Positions 10,574 through 20,586 of a DNA stretch of 64,000 nucleotides are shown piece after piece. This DNA comes from Candidatus Latescibacterota bacterium. GTDB lineage: Bacteria > Latescibacterota > UBA2968 > UBA8231. The notes beneath the pieces were generated by a model. That model did no database searches. It had not been told where the DNA came from and worked only from the letters and a program-made list of their open reading frames with translations. Positions within the stretch are counted from its first letter, which is position 1, and each line of letters begins with the position of its first letter. The translations under genes were made by a program, and so were the position numbers. Location of the stretch: contig CBDAOB010000003.1 in the NCBI GenBank assembly GCA_965197905.1, positions 320,001 to 384,000 on the forward strand, written 5' to 3'.

Positions 10574-10934
10574 GGCAGTGGGGCATGGCAACCTGATTTC
10601 ATTTTCAGGTGTCGCAGCCTCGATCGTGCTCTCAAGCGGTGCACTGGTTGTAGGCCTACCTTACTTGGACCAACCCCTTTGGCAACACCTCTCTCGACTA
10701 CTACAGATGATGATTTTTGCCGGTTTGTTTTATTGCATAACAGCCGTGCTTACTCTGGTGCATAGTTCACGAATACTATTTGGACTCCTAAACATACCCA
10801 TTCTAACGCATCAACACTTGATTGCGGCCGCAGTGATCTGTTGGCTCTTCGCTACGGGGCTTTTAATGTTGTCCTTTGCTTGGCCTCTCTGGCGTTTAAT
10901 GAAGCAGAAAAGATCTTCGATACACTCCCCCTAA
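10545..10934 (+). CDS. small membrane protein
   Basis: About three hydrophobic segments; overlaps the upstream stop. Confidence 0.55.
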   Translation: MDQVLQTLIEAVGHGNLISFSGVAASIVLSSGALVVGLPYLDQPLWQHLSRLLQMMIFAGLFYCITAVLTLVHSSRILFGLLNIPILTHQHLIAAAVICWLFATGLLMLSFAWPLWRLMKQKRSSIHSP

Positions 10935-10946
10935 AAGCTCAAGGAG

Positions 10947-11348
10947 TTATCCAGTAGCCCTCTCAATTTCAAACGCCTGAGCATAAGGACCGCTATCTTC
11001 GTCAACTCGCTCGGTATAATACACCTTGTATTTCTTCGAACGCAGATCGAACACACCCTCGTATTCCAGTCTGACAGGATGTTCTGGCCCTAGGTTGAAG
11101 ATCCCGCTACGGCCATATATGGTTCGTTCCTCGCCACTAAAGTTAATAGTTTCACCGTCGTTATATTTGCCGAGGATTTCTTCAAGCATCGTACCGCGTA
11201 CGTCCTTTGTCGGGATCTTGAGTACACTCCTGGTTCCATCAATCGCCTCGATTGTTAGTTTCACGTAGTGAACCGGGCCATATGCCACGCTTACCTCACT
11301 GACTGAGGCAAGTCGGCCCTCGATTGGTGTCGCCCCGCTGTTTTTCAT
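10947..11348 (-). CDS. hypothetical protein
   Basis: GGAG-rich RBS region upstream; protein-like composition. Confidence 0.55.
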   Translation of the reverse strand: MKNSGATPIEGRLASVSEVSVAYGPVHYVKLTIEAIDGTRSVLKIPTKDVRGTMLEEILGKYNDGETINFSGEERTIYGRSGIFNLGPEHPVRLEYEGVFDLRSKKYKVYYTERVDEDSGPYAQAFEIERATG

Positions 11349-11793
11349 TTTCCTAACTCCCTCCTCCCTTCCGTAAACACAGCAAAGCCTGTACCTCCTT
11401 AGATTGCTGAGGCAAAATCATAGACACGCGTAATGGTTCTTGCGCGTATCAGACGGATTTAAGTATCTGTTATTTATATAACTTACCCCAGATCAGACGA
11501 AATATCAGATCGGGGATATGCGCGGAGATTCCAGGGGAAGGCAGGAAAGTGCCATCAGTAGGGGTTTCTCGAGGATACCCACGATGTTGACATACCGCAA
11601 GCGAAATATGCCATATGTGGTAGCCGCACTCGCTCGACCATGCATGATGGGGTGAGGAAAATGACCCGTGTTGGGGCAAATGCCCCAGGTCCTATACGCG
11701 GTAATAATCACCGACCCAAAGAATGGAGAGCTATAATCAGAAGGTGTTGAAATAGACAGACGGTGATCCTACCCTTCCTTTGTAATTAGCCAT

Positions 11794-12590
11794 GGCGTTG
11801 GTGCATGGCTCCCTCGCTTGACATCTCCAATGGGTCCGGGCGATCCTGTTCCTTTGTGGATCGATACTCGAGGAGGATCGCTGATGGCTGCCCGGACGAA
11901 GACCAAGGTGCCGCCGAAGTACCAGGCGAACTACCGAGTGAAGAACTGGGCGGCGTACGATGTCGCTCTCAGAGAACGCTGCGACATCACGGTCTGGTTC
12001 GACGACGCGGCGATTTGCACATGGAATGCGCCTGCGAGCGGCCGTCCAGGGGGTCAGCGCAGGTATTCTGACCTGGCGATCGTAACCACATTGACCTTGA
12101 GAACGGTGTTCCATCTGCCGCTGCGGCAGACCGAAGGCTTCGTCGCTTCCCTGATTGGCTTGATGGGCCTTGCCCTCCAGACGCCCGACCATACGACGCT
12201 CTCACGACGTCATCGTAGTGTTGAGGTCCCGCACCTGCTCAGAGGTCACGAAGGCCCGCTCCATCTCGTCATCGACTCGACCGGCCTGCAGATATTGGGC
12301 GACGGGGAGTGGCAGGCTCACAAGCACAAGACCTCGAGCCGCCGCAGCTGGCGCAAGCTACACCTGGGCATTGATGGGGACGGGTACATTATCGCCGCAG
12401 CGCTCAGCGACAGAGGTGTGGACGATGCGACCGTTGCGATCTCGACACTCAAGCAAGTCGATGGCACGGTCGCGCGGTTCACTGCAGACGGAGCCTACGA
12501 TACACGATCGATGTACGAGGCGCTGGCCGCATCGGGAGGCGCCAACATGAAGTCGTGATCCCGCCGAAGAAGACAGCCACAGTGGATTCG
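11794..12590 (+). mobile_element. IS5-family (IS903 group) element, 3' truncated
   Basis: YRVKNWAAYDVALRERCDITVWF, IDSTGL, WRKLH, ADGAYD; likely left end GGCGTTGGTGCAT at 11794. Confidence 0.85.
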
Positions 12591-12723
12591 TTACGGTCGA
12601 CGTCAATGGCGGAAGGAGTCGGGCGCTCACCGCCAGGCTCGCGCTGTGTCTGGTAGACGTTCCAACGTTCCGATTCGAGGTATGGGGAACGTCGGAGCGT
12701 TTGCGCCGCGAGCGCGAAAGACA

Positions 12724-12951
12724 TCAGGCTACAAAGCGGCCGTTCGGGTGGTTGTCCAACACTTCTCGAATGAAGCGCCCTTTGGACACCGCCGGTATTG
12801 TGAACTGCTCCCGGATGTGCGGTAGACACGAGCCGTACCACCATTCCACTTCGTCCTTCTTGAAGCGCACGAAGATAGTTTCCTGCGCTTGGTCATAGGC
12901 GACTGCGACGACCCGCTCAGAGTCGGTGACATCAATCCAGTTGATCGTCAT
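12724..12951 (-). CDS. KTSC domain protein
   Basis: SERVVAVAYD..IFVRFK..Y..SKGRFI pattern; GGAGGAG RBS. Confidence 0.75.
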   Translation of the reverse strand: MTINWIDVTDSERVVAVAYDQAQETIFVRFKKDEVEWWYGSCLPHIREQFTIPAVSKGRFIREVLDNHPNGRFVA

Positions 12952-13586
12952 GCTATTCTCCTCCGGGGGCTGCGAACCTGTCAATGGGGAGTTTCGCCAG
13001 GCTCAGGCACCGGTGTCGTTAAAAGATCGTTAGTCAGGGCGTCTTTGGATAATTCCAGCGCTCTTGCCTTCAGGGGCATCGTCTAGTTCCCCGGCCACAA
13101 TCAGATGTTTCCTGGCAAGATCCAGCGCGTGCTGTTTGAAGCCGGCGTCGGCGCCTAGCTGGAGAATCTGCTGTGACGCTGCGCATCTGCCGCTAGGTTC
13201 TTGATGAACTCCTGGGCTTGGTGCAGCGCTGCCTCCGGCAGGCTCTTGGCCGCGGTGGCATAGCGCACCACCGTGGCGTCCGCGGCCACGTCCACGAGCT
13301 GGACGGTAAACGGTGTTAGGGGCTGCCCGTAGCGGGATCGGGCGTGTTCGACGGTGAAGGCGTGCTGGTTTTATCTCGCGTAGTTCGAGGTGGGCATCAA
13401 CCAAGGCGTTGAGCGCCGAAGGGCCCCGGTAGCGGTGCGCCGCGTCGGCTTCCCGTTCACCCGTTTTGCGGCAGAAGACGAAAGCGCAGCCGTAGGTGTT
13501 CATCCAGCTCTTGAAGTTCTCCAACAAGGGCGCCAGCTCACCCGTATCGCTCTCGTGGATGGGATCCACGGTTTGGTGGCATAAAT

Positions 13587-13704
13587 GGCTTTGTTTGGAA
13601 ATCCGTAGGGTGTTGAAATCCCTGTATATTCATAAGTCTTTAATAATTAATTAGTTATACTAACAAAGAGGGGGTTTACATCCGGCCTATTTCCAAACAA
13701 AGCC
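13587..13704. mobile_element. MITE-like element
   Basis: Perfect inverted repeats (AAT)GGCTTTGTTTGGAAAT / ATTTCCAAACAAAGCC(ATT) around an AT-rich core. Confidence 0.7.
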
Positions 13705-13719
13705 ATTCTCGGAACGCCA

Positions 13720-13912
13720 GCTCAGGTTCACGTCCCGCAAACATCTCGATCGCACGCAGCTCACTATCTTGGCACTCGTCCCGTGCAACGATGATCAGGT
13801 CGATATCGCTCCGGCCTGGCGTATAGTTCCCTGCGGCCAGCGATCCTACAACTACAACGGCGAGCGTGTTGGGCAGGAGGGTCTCCTGCCGGCTCGAGTA
13901 TTCAGCCAGCAC
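13720..13912 (-). pseudogene. nucleotidyltransferase domain fragment
   Basis: VVVGSLAAGNYTPGRSDIDL. Confidence 0.65.
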
Positions 13913-14917
13913 CGAGAGGCCTACCGAATCGGTTGTGCCAAAGGCGAGTTGACCGCATCCGTACCGGCCTGGTTTCGCGACAACGCCGAGTCGCCTGTCG
14001 ACTTTCCCACTGTGGGAGACTGGGTTGCCGCCAAGATCCCGGGTGCCACCGACCCCGCCTCGATCTGCGCGGTGCTGCCCCGGCGCAGCAAGTTCGCCCG
14101 CAGAGCAGCCGGAGATTACGATGTCGAGCAGCTCATCGCCGTCAACATCGACCTGCTCTTCCTGGTCAGCGGCCTGGATGGCGACTTCAATCTCCGGCGC
14201 ATCGAACGCTACCTGGCCTTGGCCTATGAGAGTGGCGCCAATCCCGTCGTTCTACTCAATAAGGCCGATCTTTGCGATGACGTGGGGGCGCGCACCGCGG
14301 AGGTCGAATCAATCGCCGTCGGCCTGTCTGTCCTGCCCGTCAGCGCCGAAACCGGTGACGGCCTGGAAGAGTTGAGGGGATACCTGCCTGTGGGAACGAC
14401 TGCAGCCCTGGTGGGATCGTCGGGTGTGGGGAAATCGACCATCGTCAACCGTCTCTTGGGCAGCCAGCACCTGGCCGTGAACGCTGTGCGGGCGGGCGAT
14501 CAACGTGGACGCCACACCACTTCGCATCGCCAGTTGCTGGTGCTGCCCGACGGTGGACTCATCATCGACACGCCGGGCATGCGCGAGCTGCGCATGTGGG
14601 GCGACGATACCGGCTTCCAGGAGCTCTTCAAAGACGTGGAGGAGCTCGCCATCAACTGTCGTTTCAGCGATTGTACCCACCAGCACGAAACCGGGTGCTC
14701 GGTGCGGGCAGCGGTGGAGAGGGGTGCGCTGGATCCCGGCAGACTGCGGAGCTACCTCGCCATGAAACGCGAGTTCACCCGTATTGCCCTCAGGCGCAAG
14801 CCCACGGAAGGGAAAATGGACAAGGAGGAGAAACGGCAGGACAAGCGGCGCTCGCGTCACGCCGCCCGGAGACGGCTGGGGCCGGAAGGCGACGAGCGTA
14901 TCGAAGATCCTAGATAA
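13769..14917 (+). CDS. rsgA: ribosome small subunit-dependent GTPase A (N-terminus probably replaced)
   Basis: PTVGDWV, LNKADL, GSSGVGKST, GRHTT, IDTPGMR, CRFSDCTHQHETGC. Confidence 0.85.
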   Translation: MALVPCNDDQVDIAPAWRIVPCGQRSYNYNGERVGQEGLLPARVFSQHREAYRIGCAKGELTASVPAWFRDNAESPVDFPTVGDWVAAKIPGATDPASICAVLPRRSKFARRAAGDYDVEQLIAVNIDLLFLVSGLDGDFNLRRIERYLALAYESGANPVVLLNKADLCDDVGARTAEVESIAVGLSVLPVSAETGDGLEELRGYLPVGTTAALVGSSGVGKSTIVNRLLGSQHLAVNAVRAGDQRGRHTTSHRQLLVLPDGGLIIDTPGMRELRMWGDDTGFQELFKDVEELAINCRFSDCTHQHETGCSVRAAVERGALDPGRLRSYLAMKREFTRIALRRKPTEGKMDKEEKRQDKRRSRHAARRRLGPEGDERIEDPR

Positions 14918-14955
14918 AATAGAAGGCTTGTGAGGTTGACAATGGAAAATGGTCA

Positions 14956-15738
14956 ATGATCGAGATTCCTCCATCGCAACGAAAGACAATAGCGGGCTTG
15001 TTCGCCGGCCATATCGGTCTGCGCACTGTCGTAAACGGCATGCTGCAAGGCCGTTTCGGCGAGGCTTGGGCGGATGCGGCAGAGGGTGCCGAAGTCGCAT
15101 GCCTGTCGATCGGACCGTTCACCTGCGTGGGCGGTGATTGGGCGCACCCGGCGGCTGATGACCTTATCGGGCAGTGGTCGGACACTCGCGTCGTCCTGGT
15201 GGCGGATGACGGTTGGCAGCGAAAGGTCACGACGTGGGAAGGCTCGCAAACGACTGTCGTAGAGCGCTCCGCCTTTTCAAATGAACACCTGGAGAAGGAC
15301 CACCTGGAATCTCTCGCGGCGAAGGTGCCTGACGGCTTTGCGATCCGGGCGATCGACTGCGAGTTGGCTGAAAGAATTACAACAGAAGTGCACAAAAATC
15401 TCATCCCCGACCTGTTCTGGACGTCAGCGGAGGATTTTATCCGGCAGGGCTTCGGCTACTGCGCGGTGGCCAACGAGCGCATCGAAGCCGGAGTCACCTC
15501 GGCACTCTTATCCAACGATGCCGCGGGCATCCAGATCAATACCAACCAGGCCAACCGCGGCAAAGGCCTGGCCACCTCTTTGGGGGCGACGTTTTTGCTG
15601 GACTGCCTCGAACGGGACTTGGCGCCGCACTGGGATAGCGGAGACCCGACGTCGTGTCATATCGCCGAAAAGCTAGGTTATGAACTGGTTGGCGTGTATC
15701 CGGTATTGGAGTGGAAGCCGGGGAGTGAGGTAGGGTAG
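14956..15738 (+). CDS. GNAT family acetyltransferase
   Basis: FIRQGFGYC..NRGKGLATSLG..PHWD..AEKLGY. Confidence 0.8.
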   Translation: MIEIPPSQRKTIAGLFAGHIGLRTVVNGMLQGRFGEAWADAAEGAEVACLSIGPFTCVGGDWAHPAADDLIGQWSDTRVVLVADDGWQRKVTTWEGSQTTVVERSAFSNEHLEKDHLESLAAKVPDGFAIRAIDCELAERITTEVHKNLIPDLFWTSAEDFIRQGFGYCAVANERIEAGVTSALLSNDAAGIQINTNQANRGKGLATSLGATFLLDCLERDLAPHWDSGDPTSCHIAEKLGYELVGVYPVLEWKPGSEVG

Positions 15739-15885
15739 ATCGGACGAAGAGGCAGCGCGTGCCTGTTGAGGACAAGCGGTAAGATCGATTAGGTAGAAAA
15801 ACGTTTCGCCGCGTCATATTCCCACAGAAGGCCAGGTTTTTAGCCAAAGCGCAACACCGCAATCGACAGACGCGATGCAAAGTCC

Positions 15886-16047
15886 TTGACAAGCCCCAGC
15901 TCCCACGTTTGCTTGATGGGTAGCGCTCATAAGGGAGCCTCTATGTCCGCAGAAAGGGCTTAGCCCACCTTACAAAAACCACATATCAACCTTCTTTCTG
16001 CCTGCAAATGCGGACGCCAGGCGTTTAACGAGAAAGAGGGTCCGCAT
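15886..16047 (+). promoter_or_regulatory. structured 5' leader with alternative pairings
   Basis: TTGACA at 15886; GTCCGCA (15945-15951) and GTCCGCAT (16040-16047, covering the ATG) are both complementary to ATGCGGAC (16008-16015). Confidence 0.55.
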
Positions 16048-16603
16048 GGCGAAATCCCTTCCTTCTACACCCAACCTCGAGCACCTTAAGAAGCAGGCCA
16101 AGCAGTTGGTGCAAGGTCACCAGGCCGGCGAAGTCGAGGCGTTCAACCGCATCAAGGCGTCCTTCCCTAAACTGATGTCAGCCTCGGTGCAAGACATTCT
16201 TGCCGCCGAGTTCTCGCTCTGCAACGCCCAGCTGGTCGTCGCACGCGAGTATGGCTTCAGCACATGGACAGATTTACTCACGGCGGTTAAGACGCCAGGG
16301 GGGGCCTGGTTCAAGCACACCTTTATCGGTGAGCATCCCAGCATCGAAAAGCTTGGGGCACAGATCGCGCGGATCGCGCCGAGCAGGCTGGCGGTGTTGG
16401 TGTTTGGCGAGTCGGGCACTGGCAAGGCGTTGGTCGCCCGCGCGCTACATCATGCGAGCGGGCGCAAAGGTTCCTTCGTCCAGGTCGATTGCAGCATCGA
16501 GCCCGGGATCCTGGTCGACAGCGAGTTGTTCGGCCACGAAGTCGGCGCCTTCACCGGGGCCAACCGCGCAAGGACTGTGCCATCAAGCGCGGAATGCACC
16601 TAA
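16046..16603 (+). pseudogene. LP-x-x-PNLEHLKKQAK N-terminal domain fused to a truncated sigma54-activator AAA+ domain
   Basis: AQLVVAREYGFSTW; GESGTGK; SELFGHEVGAFTGA followed by an abrupt end. Confidence 0.75.
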
Positions 16604-16917
16604 TTCGCTGTGGTGCAAGGTCTACAGAGGATTTGCTGAACGCCTTGGAATTACTGCACTGTCCACTATGTCGGACAGGATTCCGAAGCTGATGAGGATG
16701 TGAATCGGTCGAGGTCTGGCTCAGCGGTTTTAGATACCAGGTAAGTGGTAGGCGAGGGCAGGGCGGTCAGGTGAGTACACGGGGCCATGCGTTGCGTCCG
16801 GTCCCTTTGGGTGGACAGTGTCAAGAAAAAATCGGGACTCTCCATCGATGAAAACCCACAAATATGCATCCCCACCGGAGTAATATAAGACGGACTTCAG
16901 ATTTCAAAGGGGGCACC

Positions 16918-17592
16918 GTGTACGATGATTTGCAGTTGTTTGCAATTGAGGTCGACGCGACATACCGGCTGGACAACGGTGGGCGTTTCGCATGTGACGA
17001 AGCGACCCGCTTCTTCATAGGACAGACCATATGTGGAAACCTTAGCAGATTCCGTATCGACCAGCCGAGCGAGCTGATTACGGAGCTGAACGCGATTGTC
17101 GAGAAAGAGCCGGTCGTATCTGATCTGCGGGCTGGGCTTACATACCTCGAGGAATACAAGCGGATATTGTCCAAATGGGCGCCAGTGATGCGCGTGAAGA
17201 ATGGGCTAGGGTACCGATATCCTCAGAACCTACAGCATTTCCCTGATGTCGTTAGAGTTAGGCAAGACAACGTTCATCTTGCCGCCGAGAGTTTTCGTGG
17301 CTCTTGGAGGAAGTCAACGATTGTCAGCCCTGTGTGGCTGTGGAGGAAGAGGGTAAGTTCATCTCTGTATGCCACACCGTAAGAATATCTCCGGAGGCCC
17401 ATGTAGCGGGAGTCACTTCAGGGTTACAGGAGAAAGGGTTACGCTACGGCCGTTGCTGTAGAATGGGGAATTGCTGTTCGCGAGCTCGGCTTACTTCCCA
17501 TATACAGCACGGCATTAGACAACATTGCATCGCAAGGCGTCGCGGCCAAGGCAGGGCTGGTGCTCTACAATGCTGATCACCATTTCATGTAG
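16918..17592 (+). pseudogene. GNAT family acetyltransferase, frameshifted
   Basis: Three consecutive frames; SVCHTVR..AGV, YSTALDNIASQGVA. Confidence 0.7.
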
Positions 17593-17633
17593 AGTTATGG
17601 TGTCTCCGGGTCTAGCCCGAGTCCCCTTTCGGC

Positions 17634-17670
17634 GTTTCAATGCCGTTCTCGCGGCAGATTTTGGCGAAAG
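17634..17670 (-). CRISPR. solitary CRISPR-like repeat, copy 2
   Basis: CTTTCGCCAAAATCTGCCGCGAGAACGGCATTGAAAC with a perfect TGCCG/CGGCA hairpin; followed by 33 nt and then CCATAAC. Confidence 0.55.
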
Positions 17671-17811
17671 TAGGCGGACTGATTCCAAGCGCAGCGGCGG
17701 CTTCCCTATTTGTGACGTACATCCTGGCAGCACGACGCACACACTCTACAGATTTGGCTTGTATCATAGGAAAATCAAAGTACCAAGTCTGTGAGATAGG
17801 TTCAATTAGGG
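17671..17811 (-). promoter_or_regulatory. leader-like region, copy 2
   Basis: Homologous to 1323-1462; TTGGTA-17 nt-TACAAG with upstream TG. Confidence 0.45.
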
Positions 17812-17870
17812 ACCTACCGCCCCGGGTAGGCGTTTCCGAAGGTCCAGCGCCGAATGGCGCCAGTAAGTCC

Positions 17871-18437
17871 TCAGCTACCGGACGATGGTAGGCCGCCTTT
17901 TAATTCGGATCCCAATCCGCTCTCATTTGGCGGAAACAGTGAATCGACAATTTTGTGAACAGCCGACGATACCTTTAGTTTTCCTTCTCTTTCAGATCTA
18001 AAAAACTCTCGCAGAGACATGAATTTGACTTCAGAAATTTCATTTGGGTCAAAATCGAACGGTCCATTAGAATGTGCCCTGAAAATCGCAGAAAACTCCG
18101 ACTCGTTTTTGTACCTGTATAAAAACTTGCCCAGGAACTCTACTATAATATCAACGCCCAATTCTTCCTTAACTTCGCGGATGGCCGTCTGCTCGTAGCT
18201 CTCACCATAGTTCACATGCCCACCTGCAGATGTTATCCATGCACCTGGATTCACATCTTTTTTCAGGCTTCGTTTCTGCCATAGAATTTGATTTGTGTCA
18301 TTGAATATCAACACGAAAGTTGCTCGATGAATAAGAATTGGAACTGAGTTACATTTCTTGCGCGTGGCACGTCCAATGACTGTATCATTGATATCCACGA
18401 CATCGAAGATTTCATTGAGATCATCTGTGTTACGCAA
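17871..18437 (-). CDS. NUDIX hydrolase (IDI-like)
   Basis: IHRA..QKRS..GGHVNYGESYEQTAIREVKEELG. Confidence 0.85.
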   Translation of the reverse strand: MRNTDDLNEIFDVVDINDTVIGRATRKKCNSVPILIHRATFVLIFNDTNQILWQKRSLKKDVNPGAWITSAGGHVNYGESYEQTAIREVKEELGVDIIVEFLGKFLYRYKNESEFSAIFRAHSNGPFDFDPNEISEVKFMSLREFFRSEREGKLKVSSAVHKIVDSLFPPNESGLGSELKGGLPSSGS

Positions 18438-18559
18438 CGAGGGACCTCACTACGGAATCACTGGTGAATCAGTCCAAAGCCGGCAGTATCCTACTCGAAC
18501 GGTCTCGGAGTAGGCCATTTCCACGGTTCGTCTCTCTTCACCGGCATCCTCACACCAAG

Positions 18560-18732
18560 CGAACAGCAAACATCCACGCCGTGTCTCGATCCTGTCTTCG
18601 GACAAGTCGTGGGCGACACGAATGGCGAAGAATACGGTGCGGAATCGCGTGCACAGTGGCAAGCAATATCGTGCATCCGAACGCCTCCTCCCAGCGACAG
18701 GGCCAAGGAGCGACGCTTGTCTGGTGAAGTGA
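18560..18732. repeat. attC-like repeat, family C (long)
   Basis: GGTGCGGAATCG..CAGTGGC..GCATCCGAACGCCTCCTCCCAGCGACAGGG; an inverted homolog lies at 35290-35370. Confidence 0.6.
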
Positions 18733-18737
18733 TCACC

Positions 18738-19175
18738 CTACTCACTGCGGGCGTCGGGGGCCAACAGTCGCTTTTGGAAGAATATTTGCCGTTGGCCCGG
18801 TGGTAGGTCTTCAATTTCGCCCCAAGTTGAATAACCTCGCGTGTGGTAAAATTCATGCTCGTGAAAACTCATTGAATCCAGAAACGCTCCAATACAGCCG
18901 CGCTTAGTCGCTTCCTCTTCAGCAAGAAGGAGAAGTCGCGTGCCGATTCCTTGTCCTCGATCGCTCTCATGAACCCAAACAATGCTGATGTGAAGCCAAT
19001 GCCAGAACGTCTCCCCTAACAGGCCGCCGCGTATCGTACCTCCCTCGTCGCGGACGAAAATAGATAGTGGTTTGAAGTGATCGGGTCCAACGATGGCTTC
19101 ATCATGCTCATTAAGGCGATCACGAACAAAGTCGCAATCCTCGGGGCTCGGATCGGCTTCAATCAGAATTTGCAT
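18738..19175 (-). CDS. GNAT family acetyltransferase
   Basis: WLHISIVWVHESDRGQGIG..AFLDSMSF..FY. Confidence 0.85.
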   Translation of the reverse strand: MQILIEADPSPEDCDFVRDRLNEHDEAIVGPDHFKPLSIFVRDEGGTIRGGLLGETFWHWLHISIVWVHESDRGQGIGTRLLLLAEEEATKRGCIGAFLDSMSFHEHEFYHTRGYSTWGEIEDLPPGQRQIFFQKRLLAPDARSE

Positions 19176-19210
19176 GATCTTTTTTGGTGGGCAACCTGAG
19201 CCTTTTCACG

Positions 19211-19298
19211 ACCTAATGTTACGCGGCTTGCGAACCGCGAATGCGGCTTGTCAAAAGCCCAGGTCCGATCGGCGCGCGGCGTAATTGCTACGATATCT
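19211..19298. repeat. attC-like site, family A
   Basis: ACCTAAT..GAACCGCGAATGCGG..GATATCT. Confidence 0.6.
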
Positions 19299-19346
19299 GA
19301 TACATCGTCCTCAACGAACCCGATTCGATTGCTGTCTCTGGTAGCC

Positions 19347-19817
19347 TTACACCAACTGTTCAGTCTGCACTTCGAATGGATCGTTGTTGTAGGACAGATA
19401 TAAGACGCGTCCATCAAACTCCTGAAATTGCTGGAACCTTCGGCTGTAAACAGGATGCTCAATCATAACGCTGGCAGCCTTTTTCGTGACCCAGCGAACA
19501 TCAATCATTTCGTCGCCGACTTCGGCATTACCAGCAATCCATGAGCCGACAAAGTCAAAGATCACGCGGCTGTTGCTGAGGTTGGAATAAACCCCGACAA
19601 GTTGACCCACCGAAGCAACTATGTTGGACTCCTCTTTGACTTCATTGATAACTCCATCAAGAATGGACTCACCTTGCTCTATTTGACCACCGGGGAATTC
19701 CCATCCTCTCCGGTCCGTTCGAACCAGCAGAACCTCATCCTCCCGTTCTACGAGACTTCCAGCAGCGACAATATGCTCTGGCGATTTATTCGGGTCAGGC
19801 TTCAACAGAACGGCCAA
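19347..19817 (-). CDS. NUDIX hydrolase
   Basis: WEFPGGQIEQGESILDGVINEVKEES. Confidence 0.85.
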   Translation of the reverse strand: MAVLLKPDPNKSPEHIVAAGSLVEREDEVLLVRTDRRGWEFPGGQIEQGESILDGVINEVKEESNIVASVGQLVGVYSNLSNSRVIFDFVGSWIAGNAEVGDEMIDVRWVTKKAASVMIEHPVYSRRFQQFQEFDGRVLYLSYNNDPFEVQTEQLV

Positions 19818-19877
19818 CTCCCCTTAGATCATGCCAGAAATGGCGGTGTGTTGGATCTCACGCGACGAGGGAATGGC

Positions 19878-19938
19878 GCCTAACTGTTGCCCATCAGCTG
19901 CACCGCGAGGTGGTGTCTTGGGCAGGCGTTTGTTATGC
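19878..19938. repeat. canonical short attC site
   Basis: GCCTAAC..TGCCCA / TGGGCA..GTTATGC; the upstream gene's stop TAA lies inside the GCATAAC box. Confidence 0.8.
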
Positions 19939-20471
19939 GTGGACACTGTAGCACCATCCTGGCTGCCAGTTTCCCTCATTCCGCCAATCGTTCATGATTG
20001 CTTCCTCCCACGATACTTTGTTACAGATCACTTCCAACGCCAACTGAGGATACTTGTGTGATACGATGGCAATATTGCCACCAAAGAAAGCCACGATATG
20101 TTCCTCAAGGAATGTCCGGACTCGTCTCTCTACATCGAGGCAGTTCTCACCCAACTTGTAACGGGTTTGGATGCACTCCAGTTCATCGCTGGGAAACTCT
20201 CCACTTGCACGACCGTTCAGCGCTCCATAATTCATTTCTCTGAGTCTGGAATCAAGCACGACCTCGCGGCCGGGAAAACGATTTCAGTGGTTTCTGCCGC
20301 TCTTTTCAAATCCGAGCAGAATATGGCATCAAAGAACATGCCGGCGCATTGACGACAAAGTGACTGTGCCTGTTCTATCCCCTGTTCGGAAAGCGACACA
20401 TCGCTCCAACCAGAACGAATCCCCGCCTCGTTGTCTTTGGACGTGCTATGAACGAAGTATGTCACTTCCAT
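19933..20471 (-). pseudogene. histidine phosphatase family protein, frameshifted
   Basis: YFVHSTSKDNE, SDLKRA, DSRLREMNYG, IVSH split across two frames. Confidence 0.8.
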
Positions 20472-20473
20472 CT

Positions 20474-20546
20474 TTTTAGCGTTCTCGCCGTGCCCGCGTA
20501 GCGGTTGCGCGAAGGGCGCATGACCGAAGCCGGGCACGTGTTATGC
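20474..20546. repeat. attC-like site, family A
   Basis: CGTGCCCG..CGGGCACG arms; ends GTTATGC. Confidence 0.75.
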
Positions 20547-20586
20547 GCCGGTAGCGAAACTCATCGAAGACTTCGCCATTTGGTAT

